Shown here: one piece after another, positions 1 to 8,177 of the stretch
Layout of the letters: every line of letters starts with the position of its first letter
How positions within the stretch are numbered: position 1 is the first letter of the stretch
Source of the DNA: a bacterium
Lineage (GTDB): Bacteria > RBG-13-61-14 > DATKZS01
Direction of reading: 5' to 3'
Assembly (NCBI GenBank): GCA_046484135.1
Contig: JAWOBU010000120.1
Coordinates: forward strand, 1 to 32,565
DNA: 32,565 nucleotides
Notes under the pieces: generated by a model
Database searches by the model: none
What the model was told of the DNA's origin: nothing
Seen by the model: the letters and a program-made list of their open reading frames with translations, nothing else
Position numbers and translations under genes: made by a program

Positions 1-125
1 CCGACGTCGACGCCGGGGGCCGGCAACGCGCTGCCCAGCCGGAACAGCACCACGATGCCGAGGACGAACAGCAGCTTGCGGCGCAGGTCTGGGGTGCGGA
101 ATGCGTTGACGAAGGCGCCTAGCAC
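1..125 (-). CDS. secY: Preprotein translocase SecY, N-terminal fragment running off the window (Actinobacteria-type; probably foreign/chimeric)
   Basis: Not in ORF track. GTG at 125 preceded by GGGAGG; translates MLGAFVNAFRTPDLRRKLLFVLGIVVLFRLGSALPAPGVDV, matching the SecY start pattern F(R/K)TPDLR.K.LF...R.G...P.PGVD. Confidence 0.85.
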   Translation of the reverse strand, partial: MLGAFVNAFRTPDLRRKLLFVLGIVVLFRLGSALPAPGVDV

Positions 126-171
126 CTGGTCCTCCCACTGTCGCCCCGTAGGGGCTGTGCTCGTGTCCGGA

Positions 172-294
172 TACCAGTGTTTTGCAAGAACGGAAATGGA
201 CTATCTGGTCATGGGCCCTTTCCTCATAGACAAGTCAGCAAAGCCGGAAAGGGAAGAAAAAGAAGACTGGAAGAAGGAGTTCCCGCCGGATTAG
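172..294 (+). pseudogene. C-terminal fragment of a NodU/CmcH-family carbamoyltransferase (5' part missing)
   Basis: YQCFARTEMDYLVMGPFLIDK...EDWKKEFPPD* resembles the conserved carbamoyltransferase C-terminus (AYRCF.RTEMDYLV.G.F.L.K...W..EF..D); the in-frame sequence upstream of 172 is unrelated. Confidence 0.7.
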
Positions 295-330
295 CGCGAC
301 TCCGTCCCAAAAATAACAAGCGGAAACATC

Positions 331-3282
331 CTACGGAAGCGAAGGAAGTATGCTGTCCGACTCCTGCCGTTTTAACTTTTTGACCTCCGCTATCTTGGCC
401 TTGACCTTGGCCGAGGTCTTCTTGTCCCCGGAGGTCCGGGCCAACACCCGCCTGTAAAGATCCAGCGCCTGGTCGTACTCCCCTTTTTGAGTATGGATGT
501 GGCCCGCCTCGTAAAGCGCAGTGGTCACCCACATGTCCTGGCCCGGGTACTTCTCGGGAATGGACAGGAAGGTGGAAAGCGCGGAGTCGAGGTTACCCGA
601 GCCCTGCTCACCCATGCCCTTCCAGTACAGGGCCTCCGCCTTCAGGCTCGGAGACGAAGAGTGCTGAATAACAATGTCCAACGCGGTCCGCGCCGCGCTG
701 AACTCCCGCGTCAAGACCAGTCCCGTCCCCGCGTTCAGCAACTCGCGGAAGTGGCCGGGAAGGTCCGAGTAGTCCCGGACCAGTGCCAGAAAGTAAGGCC
801 TCATGGACTCGAGGTCCTGGAGCTTCTTGTGCGACTGGCCTTTGAGGTACAAAAGCCGGAACCGCTTTTCCTTGTCCGGAAGGTCTTCCGGCCGCACCGA
901 CTTGAGCCACGATACTGCGCCCTGGTAGTCCTTGCGGAGGAAGGCGTCCTCCCCGTGGTAGAACTTCATCTCTTCAGCGTAGGGCGTGGACGGGTTCCGG
1001 CTGAGAAGCTCGGACATGATATCGAGCGCCTTGTCCCGCTTGCCCGTTTTGAGACGGGCCTTGGCGAGCCAGAAGGTCCCTTCTTCAACCGACTCCTGGT
1101 GGAGAGACACCACCCGCAAGGCGGCCAGGTACTCCTTGATGGCGCTTATATCAGGATCATTACTACGCTCGCTCGAGCGGATCGAACCGAGAAGAGCCTC
1201 CTCCGAAAGCGTGGCCCGGTCCATGTCCGAAGGGTCTGGAAGAGTGGCAAGATACGTCTCGAAGTCGCCCGACTCGAGGGCAAGCCGGAGCACCTCCCCC
1301 TTTACATATATGCCGGCGGCAGGCGCTTTCTTATCAAGAGAAGAAAGCGTGTTCATGGCCGCCTGCAAGGAACCGGATTCGACCTCCACCCGCGAGAGCT
1401 CCCATAAAAGAAGGCCCTCACTCACCGGGTCCGGAGCATCCAACTCTTCCAGTACGCGCCTGCACTCATCCAGCCGGCCCTGTTCCTTCAACATGATCCC
1501 GCGCCATAAGCCTGCCTGGAACTTCCAGCCCGGCCCGCCTTTCTCCACCTCCTCCAGGGCCTTCCCGGCTTCCACCGTGCTCCCGTTCCGGTAACGGCCG
1601 AAGAAAAGCCGGAACCGGGTCTCAGGCGGACACCCGCCCTTGCGGGCGCAAATCTCTTCGTAGGTCTCGACTCCAGGCTTATACTCGCCGCGCGAGTACT
1701 CCGTCTCCGCTTCCCGCGCCCGAAGTCGTTCCGTCTCCGAGAGAATCGAGAGAGCGTCCTGGCGCACGGAGCGCAACACCTCGCCGGCCGAGCTCTTCCT
1801 GCCTTGCAGCTCATAAATCCGGGAGAGTAGCCGCGCCGCTTCCAACCGTCCTTGCGGCGAGGGGTGCTCATCCAACGCCCTCTGTAAATCCTTGATCGCT
1901 TTTTCCGTTTCGCCCCGCTTGAAAAGCTCCCGGCCGCGCAACAGCGCAATCTCTCCCGCGTGCTCCCCTTCGGGGTACTCGAGGAAGTACCGGTCCGCGG
2001 CGGACAAGGCGCCCTTGTCATGAACGGCAAAGGCCGCGTGCGCGGTTATGGCAAGGGCATCCTCCGCCACCGCGCCGCTTTTGTTCGTGAGCTCCGACGC
2101 AAAAGAACGGGCCCGGGGCGGATCGTGCTCGAGCAGGAAACGGGCGAACTCGAGCCGGTTGTAATCGCGCGCCTGGTCGTAGTTTTGAAAGGACTCCTCC
2201 CATGCCTTTTCCGCGGCAGAGACGTTTCCCCGGGCCTTATAAGTGCGGGCCAGCCAGAGCTTCGCGCTGAAGGCCAAGTCCTTGTCATCGGCCGCGGCAA
2301 AGGCCCGCCGCAGTTTATTTACAGCGTCGCCGTACTGCTCGTAAAGGTAATGATGAAGCGCCTCGTTAAAAAGTGAAGACGCGTCCATGATCTCCTTGGC
2401 TTTTCCTTCTTTTTTCCAGAACTCGATGGCCTTTTCTTTCTTGCCCTGCCTGGCCCAGACCCGGGCCAGCCCCTGCCGGGCCGGCGGAGCGAGGAAATGA
2501 TCGGGGGACGCCTCTATTAAGCTCTCGAAGTTGACCTCTGCCTGCATGAGTCGGCCCCGGTCCTCCAATAAACGCGCCAGGCGGTAGCGGGCCACCCGCG
2601 CCGCATGAACGGCCTTCCCGCTCTCCTGCAAACCAAGGTCGCCCCACACCTCGATCGCACGCTCCGGCTTACCCCGCTTCTGGTAACAAAGCCCCAGCTT
2701 GTAAAGCACCAGCGGCTTAAGGTCGTCCGGGCCCTCCGCTGCCTGGCTGTAGTGCTGGAGGGCCATGCCCACGGCGTTCTCGGCAAGGTAGCGGTTGCCA
2801 ACCCGGTAATGGACCTCGGCCGCGCGCCCGGCCGCCTTGAACCGCATCCTCGAATCGGGATGCTCCGCGACCAGCCGGTCGTAAAAGACCAGCGCCCGGT
2901 TGTAGTCCTGTTTCCGGGCAGCGAGCTGTCCCTGGTAATAAAGGACCTGGTCGTGGTAGGAGCTGTTTCTGGACTCTTCCTTTGCGAAGGCTTGTCCGGC
3001 TTTTTCGTTCTCCCCTGTCAGGAACAGGGAGTGGGCGTGAAAAAAACCGGCTTCGTCGCGGTGCTCGCCGTTCGGATACTTGTCCAGGTAGTCTTTGTAA
3101 AGCTCGGCCGCTTCGTGGAAATGGCGTTCGTTATAAGCCTCGCGGGCCCTGCCGATAAGGTCCTGCTCGTGGGAGGACTTCTGGCTCCACGCCGGGAGTG
3201 AGATCAGAACGGCCACACATAAAAGCACTGCCTTAAACCAGTTCCTTTGCCACAGGCCCATGGTACCGGACACCTTTATCAT
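331..3282 (-). CDS. Large exported tetratricopeptide-repeat protein (CpoB/BamD-like TPR units)
   Basis: 983 aa; signal peptide (AVLLCVAVLISLPAWS); repeated A...Y/F..L...YP.S....A.Y..G TPR motifs; AGAGGG RBS upstream. Confidence 0.8.
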   Translation of the reverse strand: MIKVSGTMGLWQRNWFKAVLLCVAVLISLPAWSQKSSHEQDLIGRAREAYNERHFHEAAELYKDYLDKYPNGEHRDEAGFFHAHSLFLTGENEKAGQAFAKEESRNSSYHDQVLYYQGQLAARKQDYNRALVFYDRLVAEHPDSRMRFKAAGRAAEVHYRVGNRYLAENAVGMALQHYSQAAEGPDDLKPLVLYKLGLCYQKRGKPERAIEVWGDLGLQESGKAVHAARVARYRLARLLEDRGRLMQAEVNFESLIEASPDHFLAPPARQGLARVWARQGKKEKAIEFWKKEGKAKEIMDASSLFNEALHHYLYEQYGDAVNKLRRAFAAADDKDLAFSAKLWLARTYKARGNVSAAEKAWEESFQNYDQARDYNRLEFARFLLEHDPPRARSFASELTNKSGAVAEDALAITAHAAFAVHDKGALSAADRYFLEYPEGEHAGEIALLRGRELFKRGETEKAIKDLQRALDEHPSPQGRLEAARLLSRIYELQGRKSSAGEVLRSVRQDALSILSETERLRAREAETEYSRGEYKPGVETYEEICARKGGCPPETRFRLFFGRYRNGSTVEAGKALEEVEKGGPGWKFQAGLWRGIMLKEQGRLDECRRVLEELDAPDPVSEGLLLWELSRVEVESGSLQAAMNTLSSLDKKAPAAGIYVKGEVLRLALESGDFETYLATLPDPSDMDRATLSEEALLGSIRSSERSNDPDISAIKEYLAALRVVSLHQESVEEGTFWLAKARLKTGKRDKALDIMSELLSRNPSTPYAEEMKFYHGEDAFLRKDYQGAVSWLKSVRPEDLPDKEKRFRLLYLKGQSHKKLQDLESMRPYFLALVRDYSDLPGHFRELLNAGTGLVLTREFSAARTALDIVIQHSSSPSLKAEALYWKGMGEQGSGNLDSALSTFLSIPEKYPGQDMWVTTALYEAGHIHTQKGEYDQALDLYRRVLARTSGDKKTSAKVKAKIAEVKKLKRQESDSILPSLP

Positions 3283-3353
3283 TATTTTTCCCTCTTTGTT
3301 CGTAATTCTGAAATTTAAAGTTTATGATATCATGATGTCTCGGGGGTCGAAAG

Positions 3354-4115
3354 ATGCAAACCTTTTCACCGGCAAAGCCGGAGGACGCTTCCACTATCGT
3401 GCTTTTGCAAGACCGTCCTTCCGGCCTGGAGGTATACCTTACCAAGCGCCAGGACTCCCTGCCTTTCCTGGGCGGCTATCACGTTTTTCCGGGAGGAAAG
3501 GTTGACGAAGAGGACTGCTCCAGCGCGTTGATCGAGCGCTGCTGCGGCCTCTCCCCTGAGGAAGCCGCATCCCGGCTGGAAGGAGTAGATGATCTCGGCC
3601 GGGCGTGCGGCTTTTTCGTGGCCGGCATCCGCGAGCTTTTCGAGGAGGCGGGCATCCTGCTTGCGAAGGACGGGTCGGGTGAGTTTCTGGAGCAACCTGC
3701 CGACTCGCTCTCCGAGCGGCTTTCCTCCTACCGACGGAAGCTCCAGCACGATTCTCTTCCCTTCTTTCGTATCCTGGAGCATGAGGACCTTTACCTTTGC
3801 CTGGACAGGGTGTTGTGGTTCGCACAGTGGATAACCCCGGCGACCTCGCCCCGCAGGTTCAACACCTACTTCTTCGTGGCCCGGAAGCCGGAGGGGCAGT
3901 CTGCTTCACCTTTTTCAGCAGAGGTTTCCAGGGAGTACTGGGTACGTCCGGCCGAGGCCCTGGAAAGATGGAAGAGAGGAGAGTGGAAGATGATCCCACC
4001 CACCCTGGCCAGCCTGGAGACCCTCTCCCGCTACGAGAGCTGGCAACAGTTGAAAGCTGATTTTAAAAGGCCGCCTTTCCAACACCGCCGCACGGTCTGG
4101 AAAGGAGAGATGTAA
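3354..4115 (+). CDS. Nudix hydrolase (NUDT19-like, possible acyl-CoA diphosphatase)
   Basis: Split Nudix box FPGGKVD...GIRELFEEAG plus WITP..PRRFNTYFF and PPT motifs. Confidence 0.85.
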   Translation: MQTFSPAKPEDASTIVLLQDRPSGLEVYLTKRQDSLPFLGGYHVFPGGKVDEEDCSSALIERCCGLSPEEAASRLEGVDDLGRACGFFVAGIRELFEEAGILLAKDGSGEFLEQPADSLSERLSSYRRKLQHDSLPFFRILEHEDLYLCLDRVLWFAQWITPATSPRRFNTYFFVARKPEGQSASPFSAEVSREYWVRPAEALERWKRGEWKMIPPTLASLETLSRYESWQQLKADFKRPPFQHRRTVWKGEM

Positions 4116-4143
4116 GCATTTTTGTCCCAAATGGATTTTTGTT

Positions 4144-4350
4144 TCACGCAAAGGCGCGAAGGCCGCAAAGAAAAAACATAACAAGATTTCGCTATTTCGC
4201 TATTCTATATGAAGAGTCTGCATGTTTTATTTTCCAGGAACCTGAAATTCAGGAAACATGCGGTTCTCTGTATTAATACGAACGCTCTTTCTTTTTCTCT
4301 TCAAGTCAAAAAAGCTCCAAGATTCTTTGCGCCTTGGCGACTTTGCGTGA
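4144..4350. repeat. Intergenic element bounded by imperfect ~28-bp inverted repeats
   Basis: TCACGCAAAGGCGCGAAGGCCGCAAAGAA (4144-4172) and TTCTTTGCGCCTTGGCGACTTTGCGTGA (4323-4350) are near reverse complements; AT-rich interior with CCTGAAATTCAGG palindrome (4241-4253). Confidence 0.7.
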
Positions 4351-4442
4351 TAAAACTCTTAAGTACCGGCCGCATGTTTTGTACAGCAGTGAGATGTAAG
4401 CAAAGCTTTCAAACAAAGAGCCTTTTGACAAGGAGGCATGAG

Positions 4443-4991
4443 ATGGCCGGAACCACGGGTCATGAGCAAAAACCGGGCAGGTCCAGGTCCAGCAAGATAG
4501 CGACCTGGGGGTTCTGGGGGGTCGTCATAATAGTGTTGTTTTTTATCTTTCAGGGTGTTTTCGGCAGCAAGCTGGAGCAAGGAGACATTGCTCCCGACCT
4601 CGAAGTAACCCTGGAAGGGCAGGAGTACGAGAGCAGCCTGGCTGAGCTGTGTTCGGACCGGCCGGCATTGCTTGTGTTCGTAACGCCCGGCTGTTACGCC
4701 TGCCAGGCCCAGCTTTCGAGCCTTGGCTATCGGAAAAAAGACGTCCCCTTTGACGTCTACGTGGTCACGCGCCGGTCGGGAGAATGGCTGGAGCAGGAGT
4801 TTGAAAAGGCGGGCTCATCCTTTCCGGTTGTCCTGGACCCGGGCTCGGAGCTCCACAGAACCTTCCGGGTGGCCTTTTATCCCACCTCGGCGCTTCTCGG
4901 CACCGACCGGAAGCTGGTTTTTAAAACGCGGGGTTTTTCCTCGCGACTCACCGGCAGGGCCAAGCTGTTGATAAAGGAAGAGGCTCCTTAA
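4443..4991 (+). CDS. Membrane-anchored TlpA/ResA-like thioredoxin-fold redoxin
   Basis: AGGAGG RBS before ATG 4443 (preferred over 4209); N-terminal TM helix; G..APD, TPGCYAC (CxxC) and F.V.FYPTS motifs. Confidence 0.8.
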   Translation: MAGTTGHEQKPGRSRSSKIATWGFWGVVIIVLFFIFQGVFGSKLEQGDIAPDLEVTLEGQEYESSLAELCSDRPALLVFVTPGCYACQAQLSSLGYRKKDVPFDVYVVTRRSGEWLEQEFEKAGSSFPVVLDPGSELHRTFRVAFYPTSALLGTDRKLVFKTRGFSSRLTGRAKLLIKEEAP

Positions 4992-5015
4992 TCCTGATAT
5001 GGTTTTTAAAAATTC

Positions 5016-5262
5016 GGTTCATCAGGTTTTCGCGTACTTGAAAGAACCGCTTTTTCCTGAAGGATGGCCCACACAACTTGTTGTGTGGGGGCCTTTGCTT
5101 TTTGACATGGGCAAGACTGGAAGCAGATGGAGGACCCTGTTACAGAAGAGTTCCTGCAGTCGCGCCATGCGCGCCTGCCCACACAACAAGTTGTGTGGGC
5201 TATCCGGGTGGGGAGATGGGCTATCATGTATTGCCTACCGGTACTCAAAAACCGGAAGAACC
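5016..5262. repeat. REPIN/MITE-like nested inverted-repeat element between convergent genes
   Basis: Inner IR 5062-5089 / 5178-5205 (27/28 match), each arm itself a hairpin CCCACACAAC-NN-GTTGTGTGGG; outer IR 5016-5037 / 5241-5262 (18/22 match). Confidence 0.8.
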
Positions 5263-5341
5263 AAAGATTCCTGATTGTCGCGGCTGAAGTCCCTCGCACA
5301 ATGTGTTTATTTTAAACTTGACAAGACATTACAAGCGCGGC

Positions 5342-5599
5342 CTAGTCGCTGAAGGCGATGCTGTCGGGGGCTTGCGGCTGCTGCACCCGTTTTACGGGAA
5401 ATGATTTGCCCAGGTCTTCCAGTATCCACTCGAGCAGGTCCTTGAAGTCGGGCGCCACCACCAGCTCGACGAGTCCTTGCTCCCTGGAAAGCACGCGGGG
5501 AACGGCGACCCCTTCGTACCCTTCCAGTATCCAGATGAGCTCCACCATGTTCTTTCTCGGAAGCTCGAGATACCAAAGCTCTTCCTGGCGGTGATTCAT
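5342..5599 (-). CDS. DUF4911-family small protein
   Basis: 85 aa; pattern ILEGYEGVA....L....GLVEL.VAP typical of DUF4911; lies directly downstream of the DapA-family gene. Confidence 0.7.
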   Translation of the reverse strand: MNHRQEELWYLELPRKNMVELIWILEGYEGVAVPRVLSREQGLVELVVAPDFKDLLEWILEDLGKSFPVKRVQQPQAPDSIAFSD

Positions 5600-5609
5600 T
5601 CTCTCTCTT

Positions 5610-6584
5610 TTAAATCCATCCCTGGCTCTCCAGGGTCTGTTTAACCTTTTCCTTGTCCTCCGCGGGCAGGGGCTGGCAGGGTCTTCGGACCACCGCGGTT
5701 ATGGGATGACCCTGCAACCGGAGCGCTTCCTTTACCAAGGCCACGCTGGACTCGGGACGCTCGGACACGCCGGTGTACGGTTTTCTGAGCAAGGCCTTGT
5801 AATAAGCCACGCCCACTGATTCGGGCATATCAAGACCGGCGATCAGGGGCACGGCGTTAAGAAGTTTGTCCTGCAACTCCTTCGCGGTGTCGAAGTCTCC
5901 GTCCTGGAGGGCGCGATAAAGGTCCAGGCAGTCAGCAGGGGCTATGAGGGGCAGGGGACAGACAATGCCCGCGCCTCCCAGCTTGACCGCGTCCTGGAGC
6001 ATAAAGGCCGTGCCTGCGAACACCGCCCATAGGTGGGTCCGGGTAAGACGTATTACCCGCTTTAAAAAGGAGCGGTTGAACACGGTTATCTTGGCCCCGT
6101 GAATGCCGGGGATGGCGGCGATCTCCTCGATCTGGTCCGGGCCCAGCACCAGGCCGGTGACCTCGGGGAAGTAGTAAAAGATTACCGGCAGTCCTCCCTG
6201 TTCCGCCAGTATCCTGAAGTGCTCTTTTACAGCCTCGAAGTCGAGCTGAAAGTAAAGGGGAAGAGCGGCCATGACCGCCCGGCAGCCGGCCTGGCGGGCC
6301 TTTCCTGCAAGCTCGACCGCCTCTCTGGTGCCGAAGGCGGACACGCCCGCCACCACCGGAATGCGCGAGCCCGCCGCTTGGACGGCCGAGTACATCACGC
6401 GGAGCTTTTCATCGAAGGTGAGGTAAGGGAACTCCCCGTTCGAGCCCAGCACCACCGCGGCGTGCAGTCCGCTATCCGCGCAGTGGTTTACCAGATGACG
6501 AAGCCCCTCCTCGTCCAACTCCCCCTCAGTGGTAAAAGGAGTAGGCACTATGCCGAACACACCCTGAAGTTCCGGGTTTTCCAT
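5610..6584 (-). CDS. Dihydrodipicolinate synthase/N-acetylneuraminate lyase family aldolase
   Basis: GGAGG RBS before ATG 6584; TPF...GELD, GSNGE, catalytic Tyr (FYYFP) and Schiff-base Lys (GAKIT). Substrate not assignable. Confidence 0.85.
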   Translation of the reverse strand: MENPELQGVFGIVPTPFTTEGELDEEGLRHLVNHCADSGLHAAVVLGSNGEFPYLTFDEKLRVMYSAVQAAGSRIPVVAGVSAFGTREAVELAGKARQAGCRAVMAALPLYFQLDFEAVKEHFRILAEQGGLPVIFYYFPEVTGLVLGPDQIEEIAAIPGIHGAKITVFNRSFLKRVIRLTRTHLWAVFAGTAFMLQDAVKLGGAGIVCPLPLIAPADCLDLYRALQDGDFDTAKELQDKLLNAVPLIAGLDMPESVGVAYYKALLRKPYTGVSERPESSVALVKEALRLQGHPITAVVRRPCQPLPAEDKEKVKQTLESQGWI

Positions 6585-6823
6585 TCCATCCTCCGGAGGC
6601 GGTCTTTCTGCCGCAGCACCCCTGCACGAGTTTGCGCTGACGCTGTTCTCGGCCACCGCACCTTAATTCTAATAGAGCAGGATAAAATGAGCAAGGCAGG
6701 GTGGTCTTCGGAATTGCGTTTCTCTCCGGTTGATGTGAAAATGTTTTTATAGAGAAATGACAATTCCTGAGAGCAGAGTGGAGTCAAGATCATCAGCCAT
6801 TAGAAGAAGGAGTTTTTCGCTTT

Positions 6824-7606
6824 ATGCCCGATAAAAAAACGGCCCGGGCTCCGCAAGAGGCGGAGGAATCCAAGCCCTTCCAGCTCTCCCTGATCGAGCT
6901 GGCCGAGTCTTCGGTCCAATCCGAGCTCAAGCCGGAGGACGAGTTCATAGAAGAGTTCACGGCCCTCTGCCAAGAACCGGTGGAGATTACGCTGACCCGG
7001 AACCGGTCCAGCCTGATCTCGGTCCATCCTACCGACTCCGGTCTCCGGAAGGTCCGGCTCCAGCAGGCCTTCCGGGCCGCGGACCAGAGGACCATAAAGG
7101 CCCTGGCCCGCTACATACACAAACCGGACAAGCGCACCGGCAGGATCATTGACGAGTACATAAAGAACAAGCAGGACCTTTTCGAGTCCATGGCCCGGCA
7201 GACTTCGCGGAAGCCCCGGATCAAAAACGGGGGCCTATTTAAAAAGCTTGACAGGATGCTCAAGGACGTTATGAAAAAGTACGACCTCCACGTCCGGGGT
7301 ATAAAGATCACCTGGGGCCGGCGGAGTACGGTGCGGGGAAACCACAGCATCAAGTTCGGAAGCTACAGCCACCACCACCGGCTCATCACCATCCATCCTG
7401 CGCTGGACAGCCCCGAGGTCCCCGACTACTTTGTCGAGTACATCATCTACCACGAGCTTCTGCACGCAGTGTTCCCGCCCCTGCCGGGGTCAGGAAACAG
7501 AAGGGACATCCACTCCGCACAGTTCAAACGCTACGAAAAGAAGTTCGACAATTATGAAGAAGCCCTGCGGTTCGAGCAGTGGTTCGTGAAAAACCGGCTC
7601 CAATGA
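6824..7606 (+). CDS. SprT/YgjP-like zinc metalloprotease domain protein
   Basis: FGSY...ITIHPALD...VP.YFVEYIIYHELLH (HExxH) with a downstream H..F motif; AAGGAG RBS. Confidence 0.8.
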   Translation: MPDKKTARAPQEAEESKPFQLSLIELAESSVQSELKPEDEFIEEFTALCQEPVEITLTRNRSSLISVHPTDSGLRKVRLQQAFRAADQRTIKALARYIHKPDKRTGRIIDEYIKNKQDLFESMARQTSRKPRIKNGGLFKKLDRMLKDVMKKYDLHVRGIKITWGRRSTVRGNHSIKFGSYSHHHRLITIHPALDSPEVPDYFVEYIIYHELLHAVFPPLPGSGNRRDIHSAQFKRYEKKFDNYEEALRFEQWFVKNRLQ

Positions 7607-7644
7607 AAAAGCTCTTTTGCCTGTCGGCCCCGGAAGCGGCGGGA

Positions 7645-7833
7645 CTACTGCTCCTCGCTTCCGTCTTCAAAGGTAAAAAGAAGAAAGGCCATGGCCGGAC
7701 GCTTGGAGGCTTCCGACATGGCGAACTGCATGCCTTCAAATGTATAGTCGCTCTCGACCATCTCGTTTATGATGCGCTCGATGGCTTCGTCCGTCACTGT
7801 ACTGGTCTCCTTCACCTTGTAACGAATGGCCAT
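7645..7833 (-). CDS. Small DUF4177-like protein
   Basis: 62 aa YKVKETSTVTDE.IE.IINE.V...Y.F...; GGAGG RBS upstream. Confidence 0.6.
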   Translation of the reverse strand: MAIRYKVKETSTVTDEAIERIINEMVESDYTFEGMQFAMSEASKRPAMAFLLFTFEDGSEEQ

Positions 7834-8021
7834 TTATGACCTCCCGCAGTCTAACTGTAACTACAGCCGCCGGACGCTCTCCCGTCCCTACAACTAAAGG
7901 CCGCGGCCAGTCGGCTTCTTATAAAAGTATAACATTAGCGGTCCCGCGATTAAACACGCTGCCCATTGCTTAAAAAATCCGTTTCTTGCTTCTCCCGGTA
8001 ACATTGCCCTTCATTAGACAC

Positions 8022-8051
8022 TTGACAAACCAAAATAAAAGAGCATAGAAT
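8022..8051 (+). promoter_or_regulatory. Putative sigma70 promoter of the rnf operon
   Basis: TTGACA (8022-8027), 18-nt spacer, TAGAAT (8046-8051). Confidence 0.5.
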
Positions 8052-8177
8052 GTTTACCATATCTTTTGACTGCTTCTTAAGCCCTTTCCCTGATCCAGCC
8101 TTATTGCCCGGGAGAAGGGTTGAAATGTTTTTTGTACAGCACGTGGCGGCTTGTTATACAAGAGTTTGGAGTATGAC

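Noticed and set aside
55..294. 79-aa ORF as a real gene
   Set aside because: Its first half is the antisense of secY and its second half a carbamoyltransferase tail; it spans the suspected junction.
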